A DNA stretch of 64,000 nucleotides from Candidatus Caldarchaeales archaeon (GCA_039630085.1 JBCNVM010000003.1:1-64000), one strand, 5' to 3'; positions 28,992 to 37,934 are shown, counted from the first letter of the stretch. Notes: generated by a model from the letters alone, not told the origin. Program-made: numbers and translations.

Positions 28992-29678
28992 ATGATCGTG
29001 GTCGACAGCAACGAGGCCGCCGAGGCACCGGAGATCTGTGAGGCGCTCAGGAGGAGGGCGGAGGTCGCGGTGAGGCCGCTCGAGGCCGGGGACTACTTCG
29101 TCCTCGGGTCGCAGGGGAGCGTCCTGATTGAGAGGAAGAGGGTCCTGGACTTCCTGAGCAGCCTGAAGGGCAGGCTCTGGGACCAGCTCGACCGAATGAG
29201 GCAGCACGAGGGCCCGAAGCTGATCCTGCTCGAGGGGAACATCGCGGGCTACAGGAGGACGGGATGGAACGAGACCGCGGTCCTCGCCCTGATGGACAAA
29301 ATCGTCCTCGAGATGGGGGTTCCGATCGTCCCCGTCCCCGACTCGAACGCCACGGTCACCTACATCCTCTGGAAAGACAGGAGGCTCGGGAGCCCTCCGG
29401 AGCGGAGGGAGTACCCGCTGAGGGTCGCCCGGAGGGACATGACGCCGGCCGAGAGGGCCCTCTACGCCCTAGAGGGGATGTGCGGCCACAAGACCGCGAT
29501 CGCGCTCCTGAATCACTTCGGGACGCTCGGCGACCTGATCTGCTTCGTCAGGTCGAACCCGTTCCCCGTGGTGGAGTCGAGGCTCGGCGAGGTCAAGGTC
29601 GGGGGCAGGAGGATTCCCTACAGCATCGTGAGGACGATATACGAGACGGTCAACGCGGCCTTCGGGACCGGAGGATGA
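28992..29678 (+). CDS. xpf: Short-form XPF/ERCC4 structure-specific endonuclease
   Basis: VVDSNE, GDY, IERKRVLDF..S..GRLWDQ, LLEG; degenerate HhH region. Confidence 0.82.
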   Translation: MIVVDSNEAAEAPEICEALRRRAEVAVRPLEAGDYFVLGSQGSVLIERKRVLDFLSSLKGRLWDQLDRMRQHEGPKLILLEGNIAGYRRTGWNETAVLALMDKIVLEMGVPIVPVPDSNATVTYILWKDRRLGSPPERREYPLRVARRDMTPAERALYALEGMCGHKTAIALLNHFGTLGDLICFVRSNPFPVVESRLGEVKVGGRRIPYSIVRTIYETVNAAFGTGG

Positions 29679-29679
29679 G

Positions 29680-31461
29680 ATGAGGGGCGCGATAGTGGTC
29701 GCGGAGAAGCCGTCGGTCGCGAGGGCCATCAGGGAGGCGCTCGCGTCGATCGGCGAGGAGGTGACCGTGGCCAGCGTCAGGGGGCACGTGCTGGACGCTG
29801 ACCTCCCCGAGGAGTACCGCTCATGGAGCAGGGTCGACCCGCTGCAGCTGATCAGAGTCAGGAGGTTCAGGTACGTCGTCAGGGACCCCGAGTCCTACAG
29901 GGCCCTCTCCGAGCTCTTCAGGTCCCACTCGCCCCTCGTGATCGCGACCGACAACGACCACGAGGGCGAACTGATCGGGAGCGAGATCCTCGCGATATAC
30001 AGGGGCGTGAGGGGCGAGAGGAGCGCGTTCCACAGGATGAGGTTCAACTCCGTCGACCGCGACGAAATACTGAAGGCCTGGAGGAGCCTCGAGCCGGACC
30101 TCAGGTGGAGCTGGGTCCACAAGGCCGAGTTCAGGAGGACCTTCGATCTCCTGACGGGCGCGGCGTACACCAGGTTCCTCACGCTGAAAGCCAGGAGGCT
30201 CGGGCACAGGGGGCTGATCAGTTGGGGCTCCTGCCAGACCCCGACCCTGAACTTCGTCGTGAAGAGGGACGCCGAGGTCGAGTCGTTCAAGCCGAAGCCC
30301 TTCTGGTACATCGAGGCGGAGCTCAGGACGAGGTCCGGCGAGGTCCTCGCGGCCAGCTCAGAGAGGTTCTGGGAGGAGGAGGTCGCGAGGGAGACATTCG
30401 CGGCGGCGAGAGGTGCGGAGGAGGCGGTCGTCGTGGAGTACTCGGAGAGGACGGTGACCGTTCAGAGGCCGACGCCGCTCAGGACCGATGACGCGCTGAG
30501 AGACCTGGTGAAGCTGACCGGGAGGAGCGCGAGCGAGGTCCTCGACGCGATGGAAAGGCTCTACTCCGAGGGGTACATCTCCTATCCCAGGACCGACACG
30601 AACAGGTACTCGGGTGGGTTCGACTTCAGGAGGCCGCTCTCGGCCGTGATCCAGTCGGGAATCCTCGAGGGGCGCGAGCTCAGGCCGGTCCCGAACCCGA
30701 GGCAGGGCAGGCACGACGACGGCGCCCATCCGCCGATATACCCGATCAGGCCCTTCAGGTCCGGAGGGCTCCTAGGGACGATCTGGGAGTACGTCGCCAG
30801 GAGGTTCGTCGCCAACGCGTTCCTCGAGGACGCCGCGGTGCTGAGCCAGGAGGCGGCGTTCGACCTCGCAGGGGTCAAGCTCGGCGCTTCCGGGAGGAGG
30901 GTCGTGAGGACGGGCTTCCTCGAGGTGTACGTCTACCAGAGGGTCAGCGACGAGCCGATCCCGAGGCTCTCGAAGGGCGAGAGGCTGGAGGTGGTCGAGG
31001 TGAGGCTCCGGAGGGGCCTGACTTCACCGCCTCCCAGGATGACGGAGTCCGAGCTGATCTCACTGATGGAGCGGAGCGGCATAGGGACCGACGCGACCAG
31101 GGCCACGTTCCCCTCGCTGATAGTCGAGAGGGGCTACGCCGCGAGGGTCGGCAGGAGCCTTATCTCGACGGAGCTCGGGAGGTCGCTGATCTCGGCCCTC
31201 GAGCGCGTTGACGAGAGGCTCGTCTCCCCCGAGACGAGGAGGCACGTCGAGGAGATGATGGCGCTCGTCGAGAGGGACGGCCGGGACTGGAGGTCGTTGC
31301 TGGACGAGAGCGTCGCTCGCTACGAGGAGCTGCTCGAGAAGCTGGTCTCCTCGTGGCCGGTTGTTGGAGGCGACGTGACGAGGGCGATAACGGGCGCTCC
31401 AGCCGACTCGGGATTCCCTCGAAGGAGGAGGGCGCGCAGGGGTACCGCTAGACCCTCCTGA
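29680..31461 (+). CDS. topA: Type IA DNA topoisomerase (archaeal Topo III type), no Zn-ribbon tail
   Basis: AEKPSVA, GH, ATDNDHEGELIG, GSCQTPTL, GYISYPRTD (catalytic Tyr), AHPPIYP, GIGTDATR. Confidence 0.95.
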   Translation: MRGAIVVAEKPSVARAIREALASIGEEVTVASVRGHVLDADLPEEYRSWSRVDPLQLIRVRRFRYVVRDPESYRALSELFRSHSPLVIATDNDHEGELIGSEILAIYRGVRGERSAFHRMRFNSVDRDEILKAWRSLEPDLRWSWVHKAEFRRTFDLLTGAAYTRFLTLKARRLGHRGLISWGSCQTPTLNFVVKRDAEVESFKPKPFWYIEAELRTRSGEVLAASSERFWEEEVARETFAAARGAEEAVVVEYSERTVTVQRPTPLRTDDALRDLVKLTGRSASEVLDAMERLYSEGYISYPRTDTNRYSGGFDFRRPLSAVIQSGILEGRELRPVPNPRQGRHDDGAHPPIYPIRPFRSGGLLGTIWEYVARRFVANAFLEDAAVLSQEAAFDLAGVKLGASGRRVVRTGFLEVYVYQRVSDEPIPRLSKGERLEVVEVRLRRGLTSPPPRMTESELISLMERSGIGTDATRATFPSLIVERGYAARVGRSLISTELGRSLISALERVDERLVSPETRRHVEEMMALVERDGRDWRSLLDESVARYEELLEKLVSSWPVVGGDVTRAITGAPADSGFPRRRRARRGTARPS

Positions 31462-31705
31462 GTCTCGCGAGGAACTCCTGCTGGATCCCGGTCGCGGGGC
31501 CTATCAGCTCCCCCCGCTCGTCGTACATCAGGACCTCGTCGTCCCGTTCCCTCGCGACCAGCCTGTGCCTCCCGGAGCAGATCGGGTAGGTCTCAGAGAG
31601 GCCGCACATGCAGATCCAGACCTCCTCGCCCTTCTCCGTGACGTACCTGTAGGGCCTCTTCGCGGCGTGAATGACGAGCCTGGGCACGGTTCGCCTCCGC
31701 GACAT
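31448..31705 (-). CDS. CDGSH-type iron-sulfur protein
   Basis: WICMCGLSETYPICSGRH. Confidence 0.85.
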   Translation of the reverse strand: MSRRRTVPRLVIHAAKRPYRYVTEKGEEVWICMCGLSETYPICSGRHRLVARERDDEVLMYDERGELIGPATGIQQEFLARLRRV

Positions 31706-31795
31706 CTCGGAGATTAAACTTCCGGTCGGTCTCGGGGCCGCGTTTGGATTTAATATTATATAGGTGATGGCGATTTGAAGTATTCAGGACGAAGG

Positions 31796-32053
31796 ATGAC
31801 CGATACGGTCCTGCTTCAGGTCCGGGTGAGCGCCTCGCTGCTGAGGCGCGTCGACGAGCTCTGCGCCGAGGGCCTCTTCAAGAACAGGAGCGACGCGGTC
31901 AACGACGCCCTCAGGTATCTCGTGCTGAGGTACTCCAGGACATCGCCGGAGGGGAAGCTCACGTCGCTCTACCTCGGTGGCAGGCTCCCGAAGTCCGGCT
32001 CGCCGTCGGACATGGTCTTCAGGGCGAGGAAAGAGGTGGAGGTAGAGTTCTGA
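31796..32053 (+). CDS. Ribbon-helix-helix (CopG-type) antitoxin-like regulator
   Basis: LQVRVSASLLRRVDEL..EGLFKNRSDAVNDALR; TTTAATATTATA upstream. Confidence 0.85.
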   Translation: MTDTVLLQVRVSASLLRRVDELCAEGLFKNRSDAVNDALRYLVLRYSRTSPEGKLTSLYLGGRLPKSGSPSDMVFRARKEVEVEF

Positions 32054-32054
32054 G

Positions 32055-32495
32055 TTGGACGCGCTCGGTTCGGATGTCCTCACCCTTCACCACCTCTCGC
32101 TGGAGTCCGACCTCAGGTACCGGGATAACGAGCTCTACCTCCAGTCGGTGAGGGGCGTGACGAAGGCCGTGACCGTCTACGACCTGCTCAACTTGGTGGC
32201 AGCGGTCGCTGACGCGGTCGGCGAGCGGGAGGCCCGGGAACTCTACGCCGCTTACCTGAGGAGCGAGGAGCACGTCGTCCTCTTTCCCAGGCCGCCAGGA
32301 TCCTGGGAGGAGCTGATGGAGGAGGTGATGCCGTACGTCCTGAAGGGCCTCGACCACGACGGCGCGCTGATCGCGCTGGCCGTAGCCTCGCACCATGAAG
32401 TGAGGAGGTACGTCACTTGGAAGAAGTCCTACAGGGGAAAGATGCCGGTGACGGTGGTATCACCTAGAGAGTGTTTGGGTAGTACAAGGGTATGA
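32055..32495 (+). CDS. Degenerate PIN-domain (VapC-like) protein
   Basis: LGSDVL, TVYDLLNL, GLDHDGALIALAV, YVTWKK..VVSP follow the PIN layout; immediately downstream of RHH gene. Confidence 0.55.
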   Translation: MDALGSDVLTLHHLSLESDLRYRDNELYLQSVRGVTKAVTVYDLLNLVAAVADAVGEREARELYAAYLRSEEHVVLFPRPPGSWEELMEEVMPYVLKGLDHDGALIALAVASHHEVRRYVTWKKSYRGKMPVTVVSPRECLGSTRV

Positions 32496-32543
32496 TCGGG
32501 CGCGCTCAAACTTATCTCCGCTCAAGTCCGGCCGATCGAGGGG

Positions 32544-33182
32544 TTGGAGGTTCAGCAGGTCCTCGAGCAGCTCAGGTCGAAGGACCCGAAGGAGGTATCG
32601 AGGAGGTGCGAGGTCGCCTTCCTCCCCCCTAAGGAGGGCGCCGGGGCCCGATACCTCGTCAACGTCTTAGACCTGACGTACTGTGTTCACTTGGACAGCG
32701 GGGTCGCGGAGGAGGTCATCACCGAGGACGAGGCCGACGAGGGCCTCACAAGGGTCCTCCTGAAGTACCTCGTCTTCCAGTGCTCGGTCGAGCAGGAGAG
32801 GGGCTGGGTGGGGATCGACAGGTTCGCGGGAGCATCGCAGCACCACGGCGAGTTCGTCAGGAGGGTGATGAGGCCCTTCCTGGAGCACTTCGGTAGCAGC
32901 GGCCAGCTCTTCGAGGCGACCTCGAGGCAGATCGGCGGGACGCAGGAGAGGCTCGGCGGCATCGCGTTCAGCTTCAGGTTCCTGCCGCGGGTGCAGGCGT
33001 TGGTGCAGCTGTGGCCCGGCGACGAGAGGGGCCTCAGGAGGCCCTCCGCGAACATCATGTTCTCCTCCCACAGCGTCAAGATCTGGGACGGAAGGGACGC
33101 GGTCGCGGCCTCGGAGTTCCTCGTGAGGAGGCTGAGGGGATCGAGGAGGTCCAGGAGGAGGAGCGCTAGGGCTCAGGAGTAG
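32544..33182 (+). CDS. DUF3786 domain protein
   Basis: LLKYL, WV...F.G, FLPRV...QLWPGDE....SANIMF. Confidence 0.7.
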   Translation: MEVQQVLEQLRSKDPKEVSRRCEVAFLPPKEGAGARYLVNVLDLTYCVHLDSGVAEEVITEDEADEGLTRVLLKYLVFQCSVEQERGWVGIDRFAGASQHHGEFVRRVMRPFLEHFGSSGQLFEATSRQIGGTQERLGGIAFSFRFLPRVQALVQLWPGDERGLRRPSANIMFSSHSVKIWDGRDAVAASEFLVRRLRGSRRSRRRSARAQE

Positions 33183-33733
33183 CCCCTTCCAGGCCAAACG
33201 TCCTCGCGCCTCCCCTCCCTCTCGTTGACGAACCTCGCCAAGTAGAAGAGCAGCGTCGAGAGCCTGTTCAGGTACCTAATGACCTGAGGGTTGACACTCT
33301 CCCTGTCCGAGAGCACGACGACGTGTCGCTCCGCCCTCCTCGCAACCGCCCTCGCGAGGTGGAGCATCGAGCCCGCCAGCGACCCCGAGGGGTAGACGAA
33401 ATGTCTCAAGGGCTCTAAGGACCTGATGTAGCGGTCCAGAGTTTCCTCGAGGGACTTCACGTCGTCCTCGGTGACCACGTCGACGCCCAGCGACTTCGGG
33501 TCCTCAGCAGCGAGCTCGGCGCCGATCCTGAAGAGGACCGACTGGACGGACTTGAGGAGCTCATCGATGTCAGCGTGCCCTTCCCTCAGCACCGCCCTGC
33601 AGACCCCGATCAGCGAGTTGAGCTCGTCGACCTCGCCGAGGCAGGTCACCCTCAGGTCGTACTTCCGTACCCTCCTCCCCTCGAGCAGCCAGGTGCTCCC
33701 GTCGTCGCCGGTCCCGTAGAGCTGCCCGGTCAA
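33173..33733 (-). CDS. PduO-type ATP:cob(I)alamin adenosyltransferase
   Basis: GTGDDGST, RV.K, GEVDELNS.IG, LHLARAVARRAER, YLNRLS. Confidence 0.93.
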   Translation of the reverse strand: MTGQLYGTGDDGSTWLLEGRRVRKYDLRVTCLGEVDELNSLIGVCRAVLREGHADIDELLKSVQSVLFRIGAELAAEDPKSLGVDVVTEDDVKSLEETLDRYIRSLEPLRHFVYPSGSLAGSMLHLARAVARRAERHVVVLSDRESVNPQVIRYLNRLSTLLFYLARFVNEREGRREDVWPGRGYS

Positions 33734-33789
33734 CCCGGTGTCCCGGGGATCGCGAGGTATATTTAGGGAGAGCAGCGCTGCGCAGCTGG

Positions 33790-33981
33790 ATGTCGAGGCC
33801 GGGTTCGACCTACCAGTGCGTCAGGTGCAAGTCGCTCTTCGAGGCCGACATCGGGCCGAAGGCGGCGCAGCTGAAGTGCCCCAACTGCGGCTTCACGGTC
33901 GTCAGGAAGCCAAGGCCGTCGGTCGCCAGGCTGGTCAGCTCCTCGAAGCTCTCGGAAGAGGTCAAGCTCTTCCACACCTGA
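33790..33981 (+). CDS. rpo12: RNA polymerase subunit Rpo12 (RpoP)-like Zn ribbon
   Basis: YQCVRC...LKCPNCGFTVVRKPRP; TATATTTA box upstream. Confidence 0.75.
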   Translation: MSRPGSTYQCVRCKSLFEADIGPKAAQLKCPNCGFTVVRKPRPSVARLVSSSKLSEEVKLFHT

Positions 33982-34022
33982 GGGTCAAACGTATATTCAG
34001 TGTCGCGAAAAGTAAAACACGG

Positions 34023-34667
34023 ATGAGGTTCAGGGACAGGTGGGAGGCCGGCAGGAGGCTGCTCCCGCTCGTGAGGGGCAAGGTGGGACGCGAGAGCGCA
34101 GTGCTCGCGATACCCCGGGGGGGCGTGGTGGTGGGTTACGTGATCGCCGAGGGACTCGGCGCGCCGCTCGACTTGGTGATGGTGAAGAAGATAGGCGTGC
34201 CGGGAAACCCGGAGCTGGCCGCGGGCGCGGTCGCGGAGGGAGGAGAGGTCTACGTCGAGGAGGAGGTCGTTCAGCTCTACGGTCTGGAGAGGCAGTACGT
34301 TTTCAGGCGGGCCGAGTCGGAGCTCGAGGCGCTGAGGAGGAGGGCATCTGAGTTGAGGGGAGGGCTCGACCCGATACCGGTGAGGGGGAGGGACGTGGTC
34401 CTCACCGACGACGGCATGGCAACCGGATCGACGGTGATCGCGGCCTGCAGGCACGTGAGGGGGAGATCGCCTAGGAGGCTGATAGTGGCCGTGCCAGTCG
34501 CGTCCGTCGAGGCCGCCAACAGGGTCTCCCAAGAGGCCGACGAGCTGGTGGTCCTGGAGGTCCCGGAGGAATTCATCGCGGTCGGGGAGTTCTACGAGGA
34601 CTTCGGCCAAGTCGAAGACAGCACCGTCAGGGAGCTGATCGCCCGCTCGAGGTCGAGGATGCCTTGA
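34023..34667 (+). CDS. Phosphoribosyltransferase family protein
   Basis: MRFRDRWEAGRRL, AIPRGGV, KKIGVPGNPELAAGA, LTDDGMATGST, AVGEFYEDF.QV.D. Confidence 0.92.
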   Translation: MRFRDRWEAGRRLLPLVRGKVGRESAVLAIPRGGVVVGYVIAEGLGAPLDLVMVKKIGVPGNPELAAGAVAEGGEVYVEEEVVQLYGLERQYVFRRAESELEALRRRASELRGGLDPIPVRGRDVVLTDDGMATGSTVIAACRHVRGRSPRRLIVAVPVASVEAANRVSQEADELVVLEVPEEFIAVGEFYEDFGQVEDSTVRELIARSRSRMP

Positions 34668-34879
34668 GGGACCCGCTTCTGATCACGGGCCTCGTCCTCA
34701 CCGCGCTGGGGATATCGCTCGTCATCCTCTCGCTCCTGCCGAGGGTCCTGCCCAAGCTCGAGGAGGTCCACCCGCTGCTGCTGGTGACCGTGAGGCTCGA
34801 CGGGCTCACCGTGGGGACCTCGCCGCTCCTCCTGATCGTCCTCGCGCTCGTTTACCTGCTGCTCCTCCTCCGGCAATGA
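34664..34879 (+). CDS. Small two-TM membrane protein (DUF2905-like)
   Basis: Two hydrophobic segments; overlaps upstream stop (TTGA). Confidence 0.6.
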   Translation: MRDPLLITGLVLTALGISLVILSLLPRVLPKLEEVHPLLLVTVRLDGLTVGTSPLLLIVLALVYLLLLLRQ

Positions 34880-34940
34880 CGGGAGAAGCGCAGGTTAAGG
34901 CTAATAGGACGGTCCCGGAGTTGTATCTACTGAGGGCGCT

Positions 34941-35025
34941 GCGGGGGTAGCCAAGCCTGGTCAAAGGCGCAGGGCTCAGGGCCCTGTCCCGTAGGGGTTC
35001 GTGGGTTCGAATCCCACCCCCCGCA
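34941..35025 (+). tRNA. tRNA-Leu (CAG), long variable arm, CCA not encoded
   Basis: GCGGGGG/CCCCCGC acceptor, CAGGG-CT-CAG-GG-CCCTG anticodon arm, GTGGG-TTCGAAT-CCCAC T arm. Confidence 0.97.
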
Positions 35026-35032
35026 CCGCGTC

Positions 35033-36235
35033 CTATCCTAAAGCCTCGAAGGACTGGAGGACGGTGCCCGCGTAGACCGACCGGATCTGGAGGAAACAGG
35101 TCTCGCTGTAGGTGACGAGCGGCTGCCGGAGCCCCGCGGTTAGCCTGCGGCAGAGCTCGACCGCTTCAGCCCTGTTCCTCGCGAACATACCCCAGACCCC
35201 TCCCATCCCGCAGCACTCTCCCCTAACCTCCCGCACCGTCGCTCCCGCTGCCCTCAGGGCCCTAGCTATCTTCTCGGTGAGTCCCAAGAACTGCGATAAG
35301 CAGCTCGAGTGGAGGACGACTTCCTCCGCCCTAGGCGCGAGGGACCCGGGCCTGGACTCGGCCAGCTCGAGGAGCAGCTCGTTGACGTCGACGACGCTCT
35401 CAGCCACCGACTCGGCCTCTCGGGTCCCGAGGACCTTCGGGTAGACCGACCTGAGTATCATCGTCGACGCCGGTGAGCAGGTGAGCACCCTCTCGCCCTC
35501 CCTGACCCTCTCCGCTAGGCTCCGCACGTTGGTCGCCGCGACCTCCTTGAGCTCGTCGAGGAAGCCGTGCTCGTACAGCAGGACACCGGAGTCCGTCTGG
35601 GGCGGCAGCGAGACCGAGAACCCGTTGCGCGAGAGCAGCTCGACGACCCTGAAGGCCGAGGAGGGCCTCACGTACCGATAGAAGGTGTCCGCGAAGAGAG
35701 CAAACCTCACGGCCCCTCGGTCACGGCGTAGCCCTCGCAGGAGGTCGTCAAGGCTTCCACCCTCCGGGAGGGGAAGGGGCGCGTCCCGCGACGTCCCGAT
35801 CGCCCACTCGAGGAGGACCCTGCCCGGCCTCTTAGCGAGGGCGCCGAGCAGGGGACGCGGCAGCCTCGAGAGGAGCGGCGCGTACCTGTGATAGATGAGG
35901 GCGAGGGCCTCCTCGCGGCGGACGCCGACCGCCTTGTGGTACGCGTGCCGGTATCCCCTGATGACGTCGGGGATCGGAATGCCAGCGGGGCAGACCTTCA
36001 CGCACCTGTTGCACCCGAAGCAGAGGTCCATGAGCTCCGCGAGCTCCTCGTCGAAGACCTCCTCCAGGTGGCCGTCGAGGGCCGACTGGATCAGCACGAT
36101 CCTTCCGCGTGAAGTCCTCGAGGGCCTGTAGGCTGACCTGACCAGGCTGGTCGGGCAGACCGAGTTGCAGAACCCGCACCGGACGCACCTCTCCGCGAGG
36201 AAGGCGTCGCCGCCGAGCAGCTCCCTGAGGCTCAA
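35033..36235 (-). CDS. Fe-S oxidoreductase subunit (GlcF/HdrD-like, 2x[4Fe-4S] + CCG domains)
   Basis: CVRCGFCNSVCP, CFGCNRCVKVCP, HSSC, ECCGMGG. Confidence 0.85.
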   Translation of the reverse strand: MSLRELLGGDAFLAERCVRCGFCNSVCPTSLVRSAYRPSRTSRGRIVLIQSALDGHLEEVFDEELAELMDLCFGCNRCVKVCPAGIPIPDVIRGYRHAYHKAVGVRREEALALIYHRYAPLLSRLPRPLLGALAKRPGRVLLEWAIGTSRDAPLPLPEGGSLDDLLRGLRRDRGAVRFALFADTFYRYVRPSSAFRVVELLSRNGFSVSLPPQTDSGVLLYEHGFLDELKEVAATNVRSLAERVREGERVLTCSPASTMILRSVYPKVLGTREAESVAESVVDVNELLLELAESRPGSLAPRAEEVVLHSSCLSQFLGLTEKIARALRAAGATVREVRGECCGMGGVWGMFARNRAEAVELCRRLTAGLRQPLVTYSETCFLQIRSVYAGTVLQSFEALG

Positions 36236-36328
36236 GCGCGACGAGACCTCGGTCCCTCGGGATATCCCTTCCTCCCGCCTCCAAGCGGCGTGAAGGCTTT
36301 ATCGGATGCCCGTCGAGGTCTCGACCGG

Positions 36329-36889
36329 TTGAGGGCCTACCGGGTCCGCGTGACGGGGAGGGTGCAGCGGGTCGGTTACAGGAGACACGTCCTCGAGGCG
36401 GCCCAAGAGCTGGGCCTGGCCGGCTTCGTCAGGAACGATGAGGACGGCTCGGTCTCGGTCTTCGTCCAAGGCGAGGAGGAGGCGGTCGAGGCGTTCCTCG
36501 AGAGGATCAAGTCTCCGCCGCCGCCGGCCTCCGTCAAGGACCTCTCGGTGAAGGAGAGCAGGCCTAGGAAGGGGCTGAAGTCCTTCAGGGTGGTCTACGG
36601 CAGGCTCGCCGACGAGCTGCAGGAGGGTTTCGGCGCGATGCAGTCGATCTTCATGGACTACTGGGGTGAGTTCAGGGACTTCCGTCAAGAGTTCAGAGAC
36701 TATCGTCAAGAGTTCAGGGACTACCGCCAGGAGTTCAGGGAGTTCAAGGAGGCCTCTCTGAAGCTGAGCGAGCAGACGCTAGAGGAAGTGAGGGCGGTGA
36801 GGCAGGACCTAAAGGCGATACTCGACGAGCGGCTCGCCCGGATCGAGAGGGACATCGCGGAGATCAAGGCCCGGCTTGGACTCGCTTGA
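36329..36889 (+). CDS. Acylphosphatase fused to heptad-repeat coiled coil
   Basis: GRVQRVGYR and GFVRNDEDGSV (catalytic Arg/Asn) followed by EFRD(F/Y)RQ repeats. Confidence 0.85.
   Translation: MRAYRVRVTGRVQRVGYRRHVLEAAQELGLAGFVRNDEDGSVSVFVQGEEEAVEAFLERIKSPPPPASVKDLSVKESRPRKGLKSFRVVYGRLADELQEGFGAMQSIFMDYWGEFRDFRQEFRDYRQEFRDYRQEFREFKEASLKLSEQTLEEVRAVRQDLKAILDERLARIERDIAEIKARLGLA
36668..36741 (+). repeat. 21-bp intragenic tandem repeat, ~3.5 copies
   Basis: GAGTTCAGGGACTTCCGTCAA / GAGTTCAGAGACTATCGTCAA / GAGTTCAGGGACTACCGCCAG / GAGTTCAGGGA. Confidence 0.9.
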
Positions 36890-37019
36890 TCGGTCCTCCG
36901 CTGCGAGAGCCGAAGCAGTTGGACGACGTCGGCGTTAGCTAGGACACCTGTTCCCTCTGAGCATCGCAGCGCGTCGACGGCGCTCTGTTAAGTCCGAGTC
37001 CGACCTTTGCGAGCTAGCG

Positions 37020-37205
37020 GTGGATGCCCCCAGGAGGACGGTGCTGCTCGAGCTGTTGCTCTGCGGCAGGTACGCGACGTCGAGCCTCTGGGAGACGGTC
37101 AACCACCTCTGAGAGGTCAGGACGAACCCGCCGGACTTCCCCGAGGAGGAGCTCGAGTCAATCGCCAGAGTGCCGCTTCAAGAGGGAGCTCAGGGCGTTG
37201 GCTAA
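37020..37205 (+). pseudogene. Possible small ORF interrupted by in-frame TGA
   Basis: GTG frame with genome-typical codons on both sides of TGA 37110-37112; TTAAG box ~30 nt upstream. Confidence 0.25.
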
Positions 37206-37934
37206 GCTGGGCGAGAACTCGACGCCTCTCCTCTCCCAGACGGGATCCGGCCGATTGCCCACAAGCACGCACCTGACTCCAGCCCTAACGGCCATCTCCG
37301 CGTCGGTCTCCGGGTTGTCGCCGATCACCATCACCTCGTCCCTCTCCAGCCCCATCCTCCCCATCGCCATCTCGAGCATCCTGATGTTCGGCTTGCCCAC
37401 CACCACGGGGCTTCTGTTTGTCGCCGCCTCGATGAAGGCCACGATCGACCCGGCGCCTGGGATGCCACCCTCCTCGAGCGGCAGGTACCTGTCCCTGTTC
37501 GTCGCGACGAACTCCGCGCCCCTCAGGACCGCCCTGCAGGCTTCGGCGAGCTTCGAGTACGTGACGTTCCTGTCGAGCCCGACCACGACGACCTCCGACT
37601 CCGCCGCTCCCACCACGGAGTGCCCCGACCTCACCAGCTCCTCGATCAGCCCCGCCTCGCCGATCGCGAAGGCCCTCACCTCGCCGTAGTTCTCAAGCAG
37701 ATGCTTCGCGGTCGCGTAGCTCGAGGTGATTATCTCGTCGATCCTGCAGTCGAGGCCCAAGGAGCGGAGCTTCCAGAGGACGTACCTTACGCTGTAGGTC
37801 GAGTTGTTCGTGAGGAACGTCAGCTTCAGCCCCGCGTCCCTCCAGGCAGCGATCGACTCCGCCGCCCGCTCAACCAGCCTCGAGCCCACGATGACCGTTC
37901 CGTCCAGATCCAGAACGAGGCCTCTGACCGACAT
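37158..37934 (-). CDS. HAD-IIA (NagD-like) hydrolase
   Basis: LDLDGTV, LTNNS, ATNRD, PGAGS, GKPN, IGDNPETD; real start ATG 37934, not 40613. Confidence 0.93.
   Translation of the reverse strand: MSVRGLVLDLDGTVIVGSRLVERAAESIAAWRDAGLKLTFLTNNSTYSVRYVLWKLRSLGLDCRIDEIITSSYATAKHLLENYGEVRAFAIGEAGLIEELVRSGHSVVGAAESEVVVVGLDRNVTYSKLAEACRAVLRGAEFVATNRDRYLPLEEGGIPGAGSIVAFIEAATNRSPVVVGKPNIRMLEMAMGRMGLERDEVMVIGDNPETDAEMAVRAGVRCVLVGNRPDPVWERRGVEFSPSLANALSSLLKRHSGD

Noticed and set aside
33738-34022. N-terminal extension of the phosphoribosyltransferase
   Set aside because: Overlaps the rpo12-like gene in another frame; the family starts at MRFRDR (34023) with its own TATA box.
36668-36741. Possible mini-CRISPR array
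   Set aside because: Contiguous 21-bp units with no spacers, in frame within a CDS; no cas genes.
36895-36975. Possible C/D box sRNA (GCTGCGA/TCGCAGC stem with CTGA)
   Set aside because: No convincing RUGAUGA C box or C'/D' pair.
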